Of a stretch of 64,000 nt of DNA, positions 27,771-39,132 are shown piece after piece. The stretch is from Eledone cirrhosa (lineage: Eukaryota). The position numbers and the translations under genes are program-made. The number at the start of each line of letters is the position of its first letter. Within the stretch, counting starts at the first letter, position 1. A model generated the notes under the pieces. It saw nothing but the letters and a program-made list of their open reading frames with translations, made no database searches and was not told the origin of the DNA. The stretch lies in assembly GCA_964016885.1 (NCBI GenBank), contig OZ024741.1:207576001-207640000 (forward strand), given 5' to 3'.

Positions 27771-28254
27771 CGAGGTCATGTTGTTGGGTTGCAGGCTGGA
27801 GACAGGAGAGTGTTGTGGGGCGACCTGTGATCAGAACCACAATGACCTTCTATCAGTTATCTTCAAATCTGGTGATTTGAGGTACATTTGATTATTATTT
27901 CTTGTTGGTCAAGCAACCGTGTAGAGGCTCAGACATTTTTGTTAGTCTAAGGTGATGTTACGTTTGAACTAGTATGTTTTATAAATCCATATAGAATACA
28001 TAGGCGGCGAATTGAAACAGTTGTTAAGATGTCGGATAGAATGCTTTACCGAATTCGTCCTACCTCATTGCGGGCTCTGATTTCAAATATCGCCATGGTC
28101 AAAAGTACCAGCCCAGTACTACGGTCGATTCTTCCTCTATAGGAAAAAATCGTCTGTGTTCAAATCTGGAGAGGTTTTAAAGTGCCCTAGACACGCCGTA
28201 TGTCGGTGCTTCTACGACTCTACAAGGAGTTATGTGATCTTTATCCTATCCTTA

Positions 28255-29690
28255 TATATTTTCACTGTTCCAGTAATGGATTGTACTTGTAATTTCCTAA
28301 CTAGTCGTGTTGTCTCTGTTTCTGTGGATCCCAGCTTCTCAAGATTTGTACTGAGACAATTACTAACATATCCCAGTTCCTCCAATAATCACAGGTGTAA
28401 ATCTGCAGATTTCTCATTAGTTCTACATAGTTATTCTCTTTTTCGCTAATCTTTAACATTATATTGGTATCTGCTGGGCAGCTAACTTCCACTACTGTGC
28501 ATGCCTTCTTTACCCTGTCCCATATTATTATATCTGGTCTGTTATGCGGACCAGATTTTATTGGCGTTTTGACTGGAACATTCCACCAGTACTCTTTCAT
28601 ATTATGTATGTATATGTATTCCACATTGCTGTAGATTTTAATGTGTTTATTGTCGGGGCTATCTTTTCTACGGAACCGTGTTGACATATTTAGTTAGCTG
28701 CTTATGACATGGGTGACATCTTCGATGTTAATTCTGCAGAGTCTGCACTTGTTCTCAAATATATCTGTTTTGCCTGCATCCGTATCTCTTTTGCGAATCA
28801 GGTATTTTGTGTTGATTTCCTGTTCTTGGATTGCAAAAGTGTATCCTTCAAAGTGAGAGCCAATATAGCGGTTAATCGAAGATAGACTACTTTGTTTATC
28901 TATATTACTCTCACTCTAGAGCTTCCTGGCAACATATCCATGCATTATTTTTTGCTGATAAGCATGCAGTTTTTCATCCATGGACTCACTGCGGTATTGC
29001 TGGGCAAGTTCCCTGGGTGTCAGTTTTTGATTATCATGCAGGGAATATCTTTCAAGGGGTTCCTTCCCAATTCTCATGATCTTACCTGTCTTATGTAGAC
29101 ATACTTGTCCAATAGATGGGCTCCTCCGCTTGGAGGTTCGTAAATATTGTCGGAGGGATGCGACACTCAAATGTTGTCTGGACCGATGTTAGGCCTCCGC
29201 CTCCCTGCTTATGTTTCAAGTAGAGGCGGTCTATGTCACTGTTGTAAAACTTTCCAGTATTGTTCAGGATTTTTCGGGTTTTAACATCAGTTGCTCTGAT
29301 TTCTTCTATCGTCCAATTGAATATTCCAAACGTTGGGGTTAGGACAGGCACAGCAAACACATTGTGAGCCACTGTTTTATTGTACGCAGAGAGTTCCGAT
29401 GACCATATTTTTCTTAGTTGTGTGTAATATTACGCGTCCCTTGTTACAGATACCATTGTAGTGTATATTCTCTTCTATCCGTTGGTATCTGTGGCAGTCC
29501 TTGTCAGATATTGGTGAAACAGTTAGGCCATTGATAAAAATGCTGCTAGATTGGCTTGTAGTTTTTCCCCGTTTTACAATCATATATAAACATTTATCTT
29601 GGCGAAACTTCATTCCTATATCCTTTGATATAGGAACTAGGTCAAGATTTTTCTTCATCCCATTAATGTTCTTGTCATAGAGTTGTAATT
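28255..29690 (-). mobile_element. R4/Dong-like non-LTR fragment (RT C-terminus to RLE)
   Basis: SKDIGMKFRQDKC; AHNVFAVPVLTPTFG..DIDRLYLKHKQGGGGL; FAIQEQEINTK; HNRPDIIIWDRVKKACTVVEVSCPAD; same family as 16511-17356. Confidence 0.85.
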
Positions 29691-29697
29691 ATGTATG

Positions 29698-30267
29698 TTG
29701 CATCCCAGTACAACCTGTCTCATGGTCGGGTCGTTGGCGACTAAACTGGCAACCCCACCAAGGTTTCTTGGTGAGGAGGGTGACTTTGGACATCCTGCAG
29801 GACTAAATACAAAACATGTCAAAGGGCAAAGGAGCTCTTAAGAGTCAATGGCCATCCAAAATCACCGGGAGAGAGGACCCCTTAGCCTTTGTCAAGGCAG
29901 AATTCTAGGAGAAGGAAAACTCTGATATAACACCTGCAACCCTGATGGTATCCAATGATGTTGACTTTTTGGTAAATATCATCTTAGTTAAGAGAGTGGG
30001 ACTGGCTTTGTGTAGTGCCTTTGCTCACTATAAAAGCTTCACAGCACAGGCATTGCTTTATATCTGGAGATCTCTCTGCACTTGTCATCACATGGTACCA
30101 TGGGCCCTGCACTATGTGTCAATAATGGTCACAGGTGTAGTCTTTGTACCAGAGTTTTCAAGTCGCTGGCTGGACTAAAAAGTCACATTCGTTCAGCGCA
30201 TCGGTAGGGGTTCTCCTACATGGATATAAAGTAGTGGCCGTACTCGAAAACGAGTTGGCAGCCACCA
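29698..30267 (+). mobile_element. Probable LINE 5'-UTR-like fragment between (ATGT)n tracts
   Basis: Contains tctaggagaaggaaaactctga, similar to tctaggagagctaccactccga at about 2648 upstream of the RTE; no coding motif found. Confidence 0.35.
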
Positions 30268-30342
30268 TGTATGTATGTATGTATGTATGTATGTATGTAT
30301 GTATGTATGTATGTATGTATGTATGTATGTATGTATGAATGA

Positions 30343-30411
<69 letters not shown>

Positions 30412-30416
<5 letters not shown>

Positions 30417-32639
30417 CTTATACTGGTGTGTATGAATATAACAGGAGACTCAGTTGTGTATATAATGTTTAATTAACAAGTTGAAGTTATGTAGTATAGA
30501 ATTGCTGACATGTCAAGAGTAGATGAAATATGAAGTAAAGTTATTTGTTACCGTTTTCAAGTTAGCTCGCAAGAGACCATGTTAGGGTTGCCAGAGAGTA
30601 GAGACTCGGCGAATGCACCTGGCCGAGGGCCAGCAGCCGAAAGGGCAAATTAGAGAGAGATCGCTCTGAGTAACCCTTTTATAGGGTCTCAAGACGGGTG
30701 ACAAAAAGGGTTCTGCCACCCCAACGGGAAGTAACTCTAGCTACTTCCTGTCTAGAGAGCGTTAATCTATTGGTGATGTGATCGTCACAAGGGAGGCAAC
30801 TCTTGCTAATTACCTCCCGCCAGGTTTTTCAAACATAAAAATCGAATGAACCATGTATGAAGTAAGATGGCGAGTATGTTGTAACACCGAAGTCCAGGCA
30901 TGAAAATTACGAAAAAAATAATGTTTGCAATAAAAGGAAAACGGCAAAATATATGCATGCAAAAATCAATGATAGATATCAAGGTAGCCAACCGGTCTTG
31001 GCCAGAGATCGACTGGACATATATCTATCCATCACTTAAAGATACACTGTAATCAAAGTAAAAGAAGTGGTTAAAGTTCAAATGTTCCAAATACAGTTCA
31101 CAGGTGTGCAATCACATGACAGCAGGAAAGAAAGTGTGTTCCAGAGAATGTATGCAGGTGGTTTCTGGTCTGTGGTATAACGTGAAATTTCCAACCTCCG
31201 AAGGGATTTTCTCACAGGAAGAGTGCTGCAAAAATAAATTTTCTGGCTTGTTCTGCTGGTTTTGGTTGTTGATGAAGCTCTGTTGTTGTTGATGTTGTTG
31301 TCTCGCGGAGTGAGCGTATTCGATGTTTAAATTCACAGTAAAAATTTGCCCAGAAAAAATGAGTTGCGCAAAGTGCTAGAATTAACAGCCAAAGTTGATG
31401 GTCGATATTGAGAATGCGTTGACCTGGAAGGGTCAAGAGGCCAGCGACCAAAGAAATAAGCATTCTGAATAAATGCGCAGTTTTCAACGACAAATTTACG
31501 TGGTAAATTTTTAAACCGGCAAATAAGAGAATATAGCTTAAGGCTGGAGAATCCTTGGCAAGAAACATTATCTATGGCGTGTGGTATCTCAGTGAGTCGA
31601 GATGTGTGCTGCCCACACGAGCCGAAACAAGGTTAAAGTCAAGTTGAAAAAAATATATTTCTATGGCGTGTGGTATCTCAGTGAGTCGAGATGTGTGCTG
31701 CCCACACGTGCCGAAACAAGGTTGTTGGCAGCCATTTTGAAAAACTCGTGTGTGAACGTGATAAACAGAAAGAAAGGCTTCACTTGGTATAACAAATATG
31801 GCGAGTTCAACTTTTTTTTTGTGAACGATGAAAAAAGCTTGGTGGAAAGAATAAGCAATAGTTGAGGTTCAGCGAAAATAAATGTTCATGTTGAAATGTG
31901 TAAAAAAAAAATCAAATTTCTTTTTTTTTTTTTTTTTTTAAATGTTCTTTGTAAGGAGAAACGAAAAACATATATATACATCCAGTGAAATGCGACACTT
32001 AGTTGATGTACGACACGTGCGTGAGATAAAAAGAGTCTGTCTGGACGAGAATTTCACATGTGCGTGTGTTCGTTTCTGTGTCTGCGTATTTTCCTAGTTT
32101 GTTAATAAAGTTTGCTGCGTATTCGAAATGTTGTCCGACACATTCCAACGAAAATGGGGTACTGCTAATTAATTTTCTTTTTTCCATACTCACACAACAC
32201 CAGAATGTTATTTTTTTTTTCTATTCGGGGTCACCACTTATAACAAATATTGGTGTGTATGAATATAACAGGAGACTCAGTTGTGTATATAATGTTTAAT
32301 TAACAAGTTGAAGTTATGTAGTATAGAATTGTTGACATGTCAAGAGTAGATGAAATATGAAGTAAAGTTATTTGTTACCGTTTTGAAGTTAGTTCGCAAG
32401 AGACCATGTTAGGGTTGCCAGAGAGTAGAGACTCGGCGAACGCGCCTGGTCAAAGGCCAGCAGCCGAATGAGCAAATGAGAGAGAGGTCGCTCTGAGTAT
32501 CCCTTTTATAGGGTCTCAAGACGGAAGTGACAAAAAGGGTTCTGCCACCCCAATGGGAAGTAACTCCAGCTACTTCCTGTCTAGAGAGCGTTAATCTATT
32601 GGTGATGTGATCGTCACAAGGGAAGCAACTCTTGCTACA
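30412..32639 (-). mobile_element. Non-autonomous LTR retroelement with two ~400-bp LTRs
   Basis: Direct repeats 30412-30809 and 32239-32639 (minus strand starts TGTAG); PBS follows the 5' LTR; purine-rich ggcgggagg precedes the 3' LTR; (TA)n on both sides; no pol motifs in the 1.4 kb interior. Confidence 0.85.
32225..32236 (-). promoter_or_regulatory. Primer-binding site complementary to the tRNA-Trp 3' end
   Basis: Minus strand TGGTGACCCCGA, 2 nt after the LTR; complementary to the eukaryotic tRNA-Trp end ...TCGGGGTCACCA. Confidence 0.75.
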
Positions 32640-32697
32640 TATATATCTATATATCTATATCTATATATCTATATATCTATATATATATATCTATATA

Positions 32698-32740
<43 letters not shown>

Positions 32741-32744
<4 letters not shown>

Positions 32745-33511
32745 GGAAAAAATGAAACGAAATTTCATTTCCCACTCTTAGTACGGCTGATACTTAAATA
32801 TAAGTATGTACACGTACATACATATATGTATACAGACGTACAGTAGTATGTATATATATATATACATACATGCACGTATATATATATGTACGTATGGATT
32901 CACCGAACATTTATTATAATGCTCGGTGTGTTTGTAAACAAACATCCCGTATTAAGCCGTAGTGTCCAGCTACCATCGTTGCTCGTTTGTTCAACACTGA
33001 CAAAGGAACGCTGTACTAGTTTCAAGCTTATTAGCTATCGTCAGCAACGTATACCTTCCTGCCAGATTGTTGAACCTATATACTTACCTTATGCATATTA
33101 ACGGCTGAGTAGCCCAGTTTGCATATCGAGTGGGTTAATTGGCCGGGTGCACCGAAAACGATAAACGGAAAAATTGAAACGAAATTTCATTTCCCACTCT
33201 TAGTACGGCTGTTACTTAAATATAAGTATGTACACGTACATACATATATGTATACAGACTTACAGTAGTATGTATATATATATATACATACATGCACACA
33301 TATATATATATGTACGTATGGATTCACCCAACATTTATTATAATGTTCGGTGTGTTTGTAAACAAACATCCCGTATTAAGCCGTACAGTGTCCAGCAACC
33401 ATCGTCGCTCGTTTGTTCAACACTGACAAAGGAACGTTGTACTAGTTTCAAGCTTATTATATACATACTACTGTACGTCTGTATACATATATGTATGTAC
33501 GTCTACATACT

Positions 33512-33515
<4 letters not shown>
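32741..33515 (-). mobile_element. Non-coding PLE-like pseudo-LTR tandem with terminal inversion
   Basis: 32741-33033 repeats at about 33163-33458; about 33458-33515 is an inverted copy of about 32800-32860; flanked by (TA)n; contains a hammerhead motif. Confidence 0.7.
33008..33050 (-). ncRNA. Minimal type I hammerhead ribozyme
   Basis: Minus strand acgttg-CTGACGA-tagct aata agctt-GAAA-ctag-TA-cagcgt: full core, 6-bp stem I and palindromic stem III (actagt). Confidence 0.8.
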
Positions 33516-33544
<29 letters not shown>

Positions 33545-33895
33545 TGTGTGTGTATGTGTGTATGTATGTGTGTGTGTGTACGTGTGTCTGCGAGATGTGC
33601 GTATGTTTGTGTGCGTATGTTTGTGTATGTCTGGCTATGTGTATTATGGTATTTGGCGTGTGCGCATCTGTATGTATGTGTGTGTATGTGCGTTTGTCTA
33701 TATTTGTATAAAATGCGGTTCCAATAAAGGTTATTGACCCCAGACGAATAAATAATGAAATTTCAGAAAGAGAAAATTCTTGTTTATAATCCAGATGTCA
33801 ATTATACACACCTTAACATACTTCTTAATAGGGTCCTACATTTTCTTCTGTTATACAGACCTATATAAATCTCTCTCTATATATATCTCTCTCTC

Positions 33896-33928
<33 letters not shown>

Positions 33929-34068
33929 ATGTGTGTGTGTGTGTTTGTGTGTGCATGAATGTGCACGTGTGTGTTTGTGTGTGTGCATGTATGTGCGGGC
34001 CCGTATAGGTGTATGAATGTATATACGTATATATGTTTATATACACACACACACACCACACATATATG

Positions 34069-34137
<69 letters not shown>

Positions 34138-34176
34138 TAATAATATATATATATATATATACACACACACCACACA

Positions 34177-34217
<41 letters not shown>

Positions 34218-34218
34218 T

Positions 34219-34339
<121 letters not shown>

Positions 34340-34344
34340 ACTAT

Positions 34345-36565
34345 TTCAGTACACTGGGTAGTGTCCACCGGCTTGTTATGAGTGAGGTCCGGGTGAGCTT
34401 AAGAAAGAGCAAGGGTCGGCCCCGGAGAGCAATCTATGACTGGGCAGCTTTCAAGGAAGATGATAAGCTACAGGAGAGGTTCACAGTGGAAGTGAGGAAC
34501 AGGTTCTGTGCTCTGTGAGGAGAGACAGAGGAGAGAGAGATTGGAGGGACTGGGGAGAGTGTGACGAGGAGGTACGGGCACTTCACCGATGCAGTGGCGG
34601 AAGCAAGTGAAACCCTGGTGCCGAGGAAAAAGAACAAAAGGAAGCACGTCAGCTCTGCAAACCCAAAAGTGTGTGCAGCCAGAGAACACCTGAAAGCTGC
34701 CAAGGACCAATTCTATGCTGATCCTACGGAAGAGAGGATGGAGACTGTGGAGGTGATGAGGGAAGAACTCTGTACCGCTTACACTGAGGTCAGAGAGGAG
34801 GCACTGATAGAGAAGATCAGAAGTGTGGAGAGAGCGGTTGTCAGATCTGGATGTAAGGAGAGCTGGATGATCATCAACGAGATCACAGGGAGGAAGAAAA
34901 GGTGTTCGAGTCAGATCCAGGGAACGGGGCCCGAGGATAGGAAGAGGAAATGGCTAGACCATTTCAGGACCCTACTAGGAGAACCACCCTCCACAGCCCA
35001 GAACACTGGGGAGATCAGGCGGCTGTTTGGGGAACTGGATGTTGAGACAGAGCCCTTCACTAGAGAGGAGCTTCAGAGAGCCAAGAAGAGGATCAAGGAG
35101 GGCAAGGTCCATGGAGAAGATGGAGTGGCATCAGAGGTGATGAAGAGGTGTGATTTTGAAGATATCATCCTGGGGTTCTGTAACCGGGCACTGGAGAAAG
35201 GAGTTGCCCCGAATCAGTGGAGGATCAGTAACATCGTCCCAGTGCCAAAGAAGGGAGATCTCTCTAACACCAACAACTACAGGGGGATCTCACTGACGTC
35301 ACTTGTGGCAAAGACCCTCAACAGGATGATTCTTAACAGGATCCAGCCTGAGATGGAGAAGAAGCTCAGGGACAACCAGAACGGCTTCAGAGAGGGTAGA
35401 TCAACCACCAGTCACATCCTGATGCTGAGGAGGATATTAGAGGGAGCTAGAGCAAAGTGTCTTCCTGCAGTCATGGTTTTCATTGACTTTAGGAAGGCCT
35501 TTGATTCTGTGGACCGTTGCTGCCTGATGAAGATCTTACAGGCTTATGGAATCCCCAAGAAGATAGTGGACCTGATATCACTGCTCTACACCAACACCAA
35601 AGCCCAAGTCATTACACCTGATGGGATGACAGAGTTCTTTGAGATACTGGCTGGAGTGCTCCAGGGAGATACATTGGCTCCCTACCTTTTTATCATCGTA
35701 GTGGACTATTGTATCCGCCTTGCACTGGAGAAACACCAGGACTCTGGCTTTACTGTAGCACCGGCTCAGAGCAGGATAGTTAAGGCGAAAAAGGTATCGG
35801 ATGCTGAATTTGCCGACGACATAGTTTTGGTGACAAATACAGTGAAGGAGGCAGAGGATTTGATGCGGGAGGTTGAGACTGTGTCGATGAGTGTGGGGCT
35901 GAGAATGAATGAGACTAAAACAAAATATCTGGTAGAGAATGTTGAGAAGCCAGAGGGGATCACTAATGTAGGCGGGAAGCCGCTAGAATTGGTTGAGGGC
36001 TTCCTGTATTTGGGAGCAAAGATTGGGAATACGGAAGATGATGTGGTTGAGAGGAAGAGCAAAGCCTGGGAGGCGTGCCACAGCTTGAGATCGGTGTGGA
36101 AGTCGGACCTTCGTGAAGACCTGAAAATCCGCCTCTTCATTGCTGTAGTGGAGTCTGTGCTGCTGTGCGGGTCTGAGACTTGGACACTGACCAAGAAACT
36201 CACTCAGATGGTGGATAGGTGCTACACGAGAATGCTGAGGATGGCTCTGAACATTAATCAGTATACACTGTGGATGAAAACTCAGAGCTGTATGGGAGCA
36301 TCCCAAAAGTCAGCTCAAAAGTGACACAGAGGAGACTGAGGTTAGCTGGACATGCTCACCGACATCCAGAGTTGATATTGCACTCAGTGCTCCTGTGGGA
36401 GCCCCTACATGGACACACTGGGAGAGGAAGACCAAGGTTAACGTATGTTGATGCCCTAAGGACAGACACTGGTCTGTTGGAGACGCAGGACATGGCAGCG
36501 ATAATGAGGGACAGAGACCGCTGGAGAGAACTCTTCCATGGATCTCGGGAATTTTGCCCGCCTTA
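34345..36565 (+). mobile_element. 5'-truncated RTE-like LINE in (TA)n
   Basis: APE end ([11 protein letters not shown]), long RT ORF and frameshifted C-terminus (RLRLAGHAHRH..GRGRPRLTY..DRDRWR). Confidence 0.9.
34561..36324 (+). CDS. Non-LTR reverse transcriptase (partial; frameshift near 36280)
   Basis: IVPVPKKGD, NYRGISLTS, QNGFREGRST, FIDFRKAFDSV, GVLQGDTLAPYLF, FADD and FLYLG motifs. Confidence 0.85.
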   Translation: MTRRYGHFTDAVAEASETLVPRKKNKRKHVSSANPKVCAAREHLKAAKDQFYADPTEERMETVEVMREELCTAYTEVREEALIEKIRSVERAVVRSGCKESWMIINEITGRKKRCSSQIQGTGPEDRKRKWLDHFRTLLGEPPSTAQNTGEIRRLFGELDVETEPFTREELQRAKKRIKEGKVHGEDGVASEVMKRCDFEDIILGFCNRALEKGVAPNQWRISNIVPVPKKGDLSNTNNYRGISLTSLVAKTLNRMILNRIQPEMEKKLRDNQNGFREGRSTTSHILMLRRILEGARAKCLPAVMVFIDFRKAFDSVDRCCLMKILQAYGIPKKIVDLISLLYTNTKAQVITPDGMTEFFEILAGVLQGDTLAPYLFIIVVDYCIRLALEKHQDSGFTVAPAQSRIVKAKKVSDAEFADDIVLVTNTVKEAEDLMREVETVSMSVGLRMNETKTKYLVENVEKPEGITNVGGKPLELVEGFLYLGAKIGNTEDDVVERKSKAWEACHSLRSVWKSDLREDLKIRLFIAVVESVLLCGSETWTLTKKLTQMVDRCYTRMLRMALNINQYTLWMKTQSCMGASQKSAQK

Positions 36566-36895
36566 TATATATATATATATATATATATGTGTGAATGAAA
36601 TAATTCCATCGGAAAAGTGTGAGTATAAAAGTTAATAGGTCATACCGTTGAAGTTCACGACATACACGGCGTCTCAAAAGTAAATCTCAAATATATATTC
36701 CAACAATGCCATCGGCTTCAGATCAGAAGACGAAACGTTTTGGAATTTATCAACCCCAAATATTCCCACACATATGTTTATATGTTTATATCTTAACAAA
36801 AACGTGCGCGCACTCATACACGCATATAGACGCACGCACACACACATACACGCACACACGCACGCACACACACACTCGTAGATAGACGTAGACAC

Positions 36896-37036
<141 letters not shown>

Positions 37037-37095
37037 TCTCTCTCTCTCTCTCTATATATATATGGTCCATCTGGTTCCTTACCACAATTCCTTCG

Positions 37096-37137
<42 letters not shown>

Positions 37138-37338
37138 TTAGTTATACTATTTATGGTTATGTAAATACAAAACCTTAAGCAGTTGTAAGTATTTTACACA
37201 CACCCTAAATAGTGGTAGGCAGTATTGTATTACTACCTTATTACCAGTAAGTTAAGTAGCTCAATGTAAAAACATCAGATGATTTACAGAGCAGTTATAT
37301 GAAATATAAGAATCAAAGAACTGTTCAAAACATTATTG

Positions 37339-37385
37339 TGCTTACAGCTGTTTCCTCCAAACCGAGGTTTGGATTCTTCGGAGCA
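37339..37385 (-). ncRNA. Minimal hammerhead ribozyme variant (left arm)
   Basis: Reverse complement of 37798-37844. Confidence 0.65.
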
Positions 37386-37797
37386 ATTTATTAATGCATG
37401 GACAGTTATATGACCTCCTTTTCAGCCGAGAGACATACCAACACATATTCAAACATTGATACATATTCAAACATTGTGGGTCAACATTCATTACAGAATT
37501 TAGAGTGGCAGTACACACTTCGAGATTACATTTATATTAATAGGTACAATCAAAAATCAAAAAATAGGTTAAAATACAACATGAAGATAAGCGGTTATAT
37601 AGTGCAAATTTAACCTATATTTTTGATTTTTGATTGTACCTATTAATATAAATGTAATCTCGAAGTGTGTACTGCCACTCTAAATTCTGTAATGAATGTT
37701 GACCCACAATGTTTGAATATGTATCAATGTTTGAATATGTGTTGGTATGTCTCTCGGCTGAAAAGGAGGTCATATAACTGTCCATGCATTAATAAAT

Positions 37798-37844
37798 TGC
37801 TCCGAAGAATCCAAACCTCGGTTTGGAGGAAACAGCTGTAAGCA
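37798..37844 (+). ncRNA. Minimal hammerhead ribozyme variant (CCGAAGA core)
   Basis: tgct-CCGAAGA-atccaaacctcggtttggag-GAAA-cagctg-TA-agca; palindromic stem III (acagctgt); U4C change in the core. Confidence 0.65.
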
Positions 37845-37875
37845 CAATAATGTTTTGAACAGTTCTTTGATTCTT

Positions 37876-37972
<97 letters not shown>

Positions 37973-38099
37973 GGGGAGAGTTGTGCTCACAAAAGAAGGA
38001 AAAGGACATCAGGTGGTAGATCAGAATATATATATATATATATATATATATTTTTAGAATAGTTTAGTAACAAATAAAATTTTATTTTTATTTGGTTAA

Positions 38100-38430
38100 A
38101 CATACAGAAAACGATAGCAACATAGGAAATGAGTATAAATGCTATAAATGAGAGGAAAGGGAGGGAATGGGAGAACAGGGATTACTAGACAAAGGAAGAA
38201 AGAATGGGGGGAAGGGAGAGGGTAATTCTACACATAGGTCAGAGCGGCTGCGGATAATGGCCAGTGACACACGCTGCGACAGCCATCCCACCTCACAGGG
38301 CTTCTTCCTTAGGCGGGCTGCTATCGATCCAATTTTACGGAGGAGGTCAGTTGTCCGGGGTCCAAGGACGCCTGAACTTTCCACTGTGACCGGTACAAAG
38401 CGGAAGCGGCCGGACAAGCTCCGGTATTTA
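38100..38430 (-). mobile_element. CRE-like RLE 3' fragment
   Basis: KYRSLSGRFRFVPVTVESSGVLGPRT..WLSQRVSLAIIR, homologous to 7200-7400. Confidence 0.75.
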
Positions 38431-38539
38431 CTTGAATTTATATTAACGTTTTGGGGTAACAGCAAGCAGTTTCAAGACTAAACACACACGTTTAAATTAT
38501 CAGGTCCTTTTATGGCATATTAATAAAATTATATATATA

Positions 38540-38983
38540 TACTAGCTGAATTACCCGGTGTTGCCTGGGTTACTGATATTCTTCTCCACAAAGTTCGATC
38601 ACCAGCAGCAGAGTTTAGATTAGTAAGCAATAAATATGAAGATATGTTTTTTCTCTCACAATTATTTCAAAATATCTATATTTTATTAAAAAATATATAT
38701 CAAAATTGTAATGATAATACAATTTAGAAATGAAAATGTGTTAATCTTGTATAAAAAATAATATCGGGATTGTAATGTTAATAGAATTTAGAGAGGAAAA
38801 TCTGTCAATCTTGAAGCACCTTAGGGTAAACAATATTCAATGTGTAATTTTTTGTTGGTGTCCAAGTGAATAAATTGTTGCTACACACTCACACACATAC
38901 ACTCTCATATACATATACTAAGACAGATACACAGAGACATACATTCACGCATAGCCTTTCACATCATTTTTTTGTGAGTCGCT

Positions 38984-39000
<17 letters not shown>
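38540..39000 (+). mobile_element. Possible Helentron/HINE-type non-autonomous element; related repeats continue at 44700-45200
   Basis: Starts tactagctgaattacccggtgttgcctgggtt (short sub-terminal hairpin typical of such elements); 38880-38950 resembles 44820-44890; 44710-44820 repeats at 45040-45200. Confidence 0.4.
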
Positions 39001-39033
<33 letters not shown>

Positions 39034-39077
39034 AAGTTAAATAAAAGTCAAATGATTAAAATTTAGCTTCGTTTATT

Positions 39078-39132
39078 ACTGCTATATATATTTCAGTGAC
39101 AGCCATCTTTGGCTGTGACCTCTTCAGTCAGT
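39078..39132 (-). ncRNA. Hammerhead ribozyme in the inverted pseudo-LTR
   Basis: Minus strand actga-CTGAAGA-stem II-GAAA-tatata-TA-gcagt; one stem I mismatch next to the core relative to the 44361 copy. Confidence 0.7.

Larger units (their letters stand above)
37135..37887. mobile_element. Non-coding fold-back element (~278-bp arms, 35-nt loop, tail), PLE pseudo-LTR-like
   Basis: 37296-37573 is a near-perfect reverse complement of 37609-37887; unique tail at 37135-37295; (TA)n on both sides; a hammerhead motif in each arm. Confidence 0.85.

Noticed and set aside
29700-29960. Possible HDV-like ribozyme in the LINE 5'-UTR-like segment
   Set aside because: I could not assemble the nested double pseudoknot by eye; a descriptor search is needed.
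36695-36750. Hammerhead-like 3' half (cttc..gaagacGAAAcgTTttggaa)
   Set aside because: The CUGANGA core is absent.
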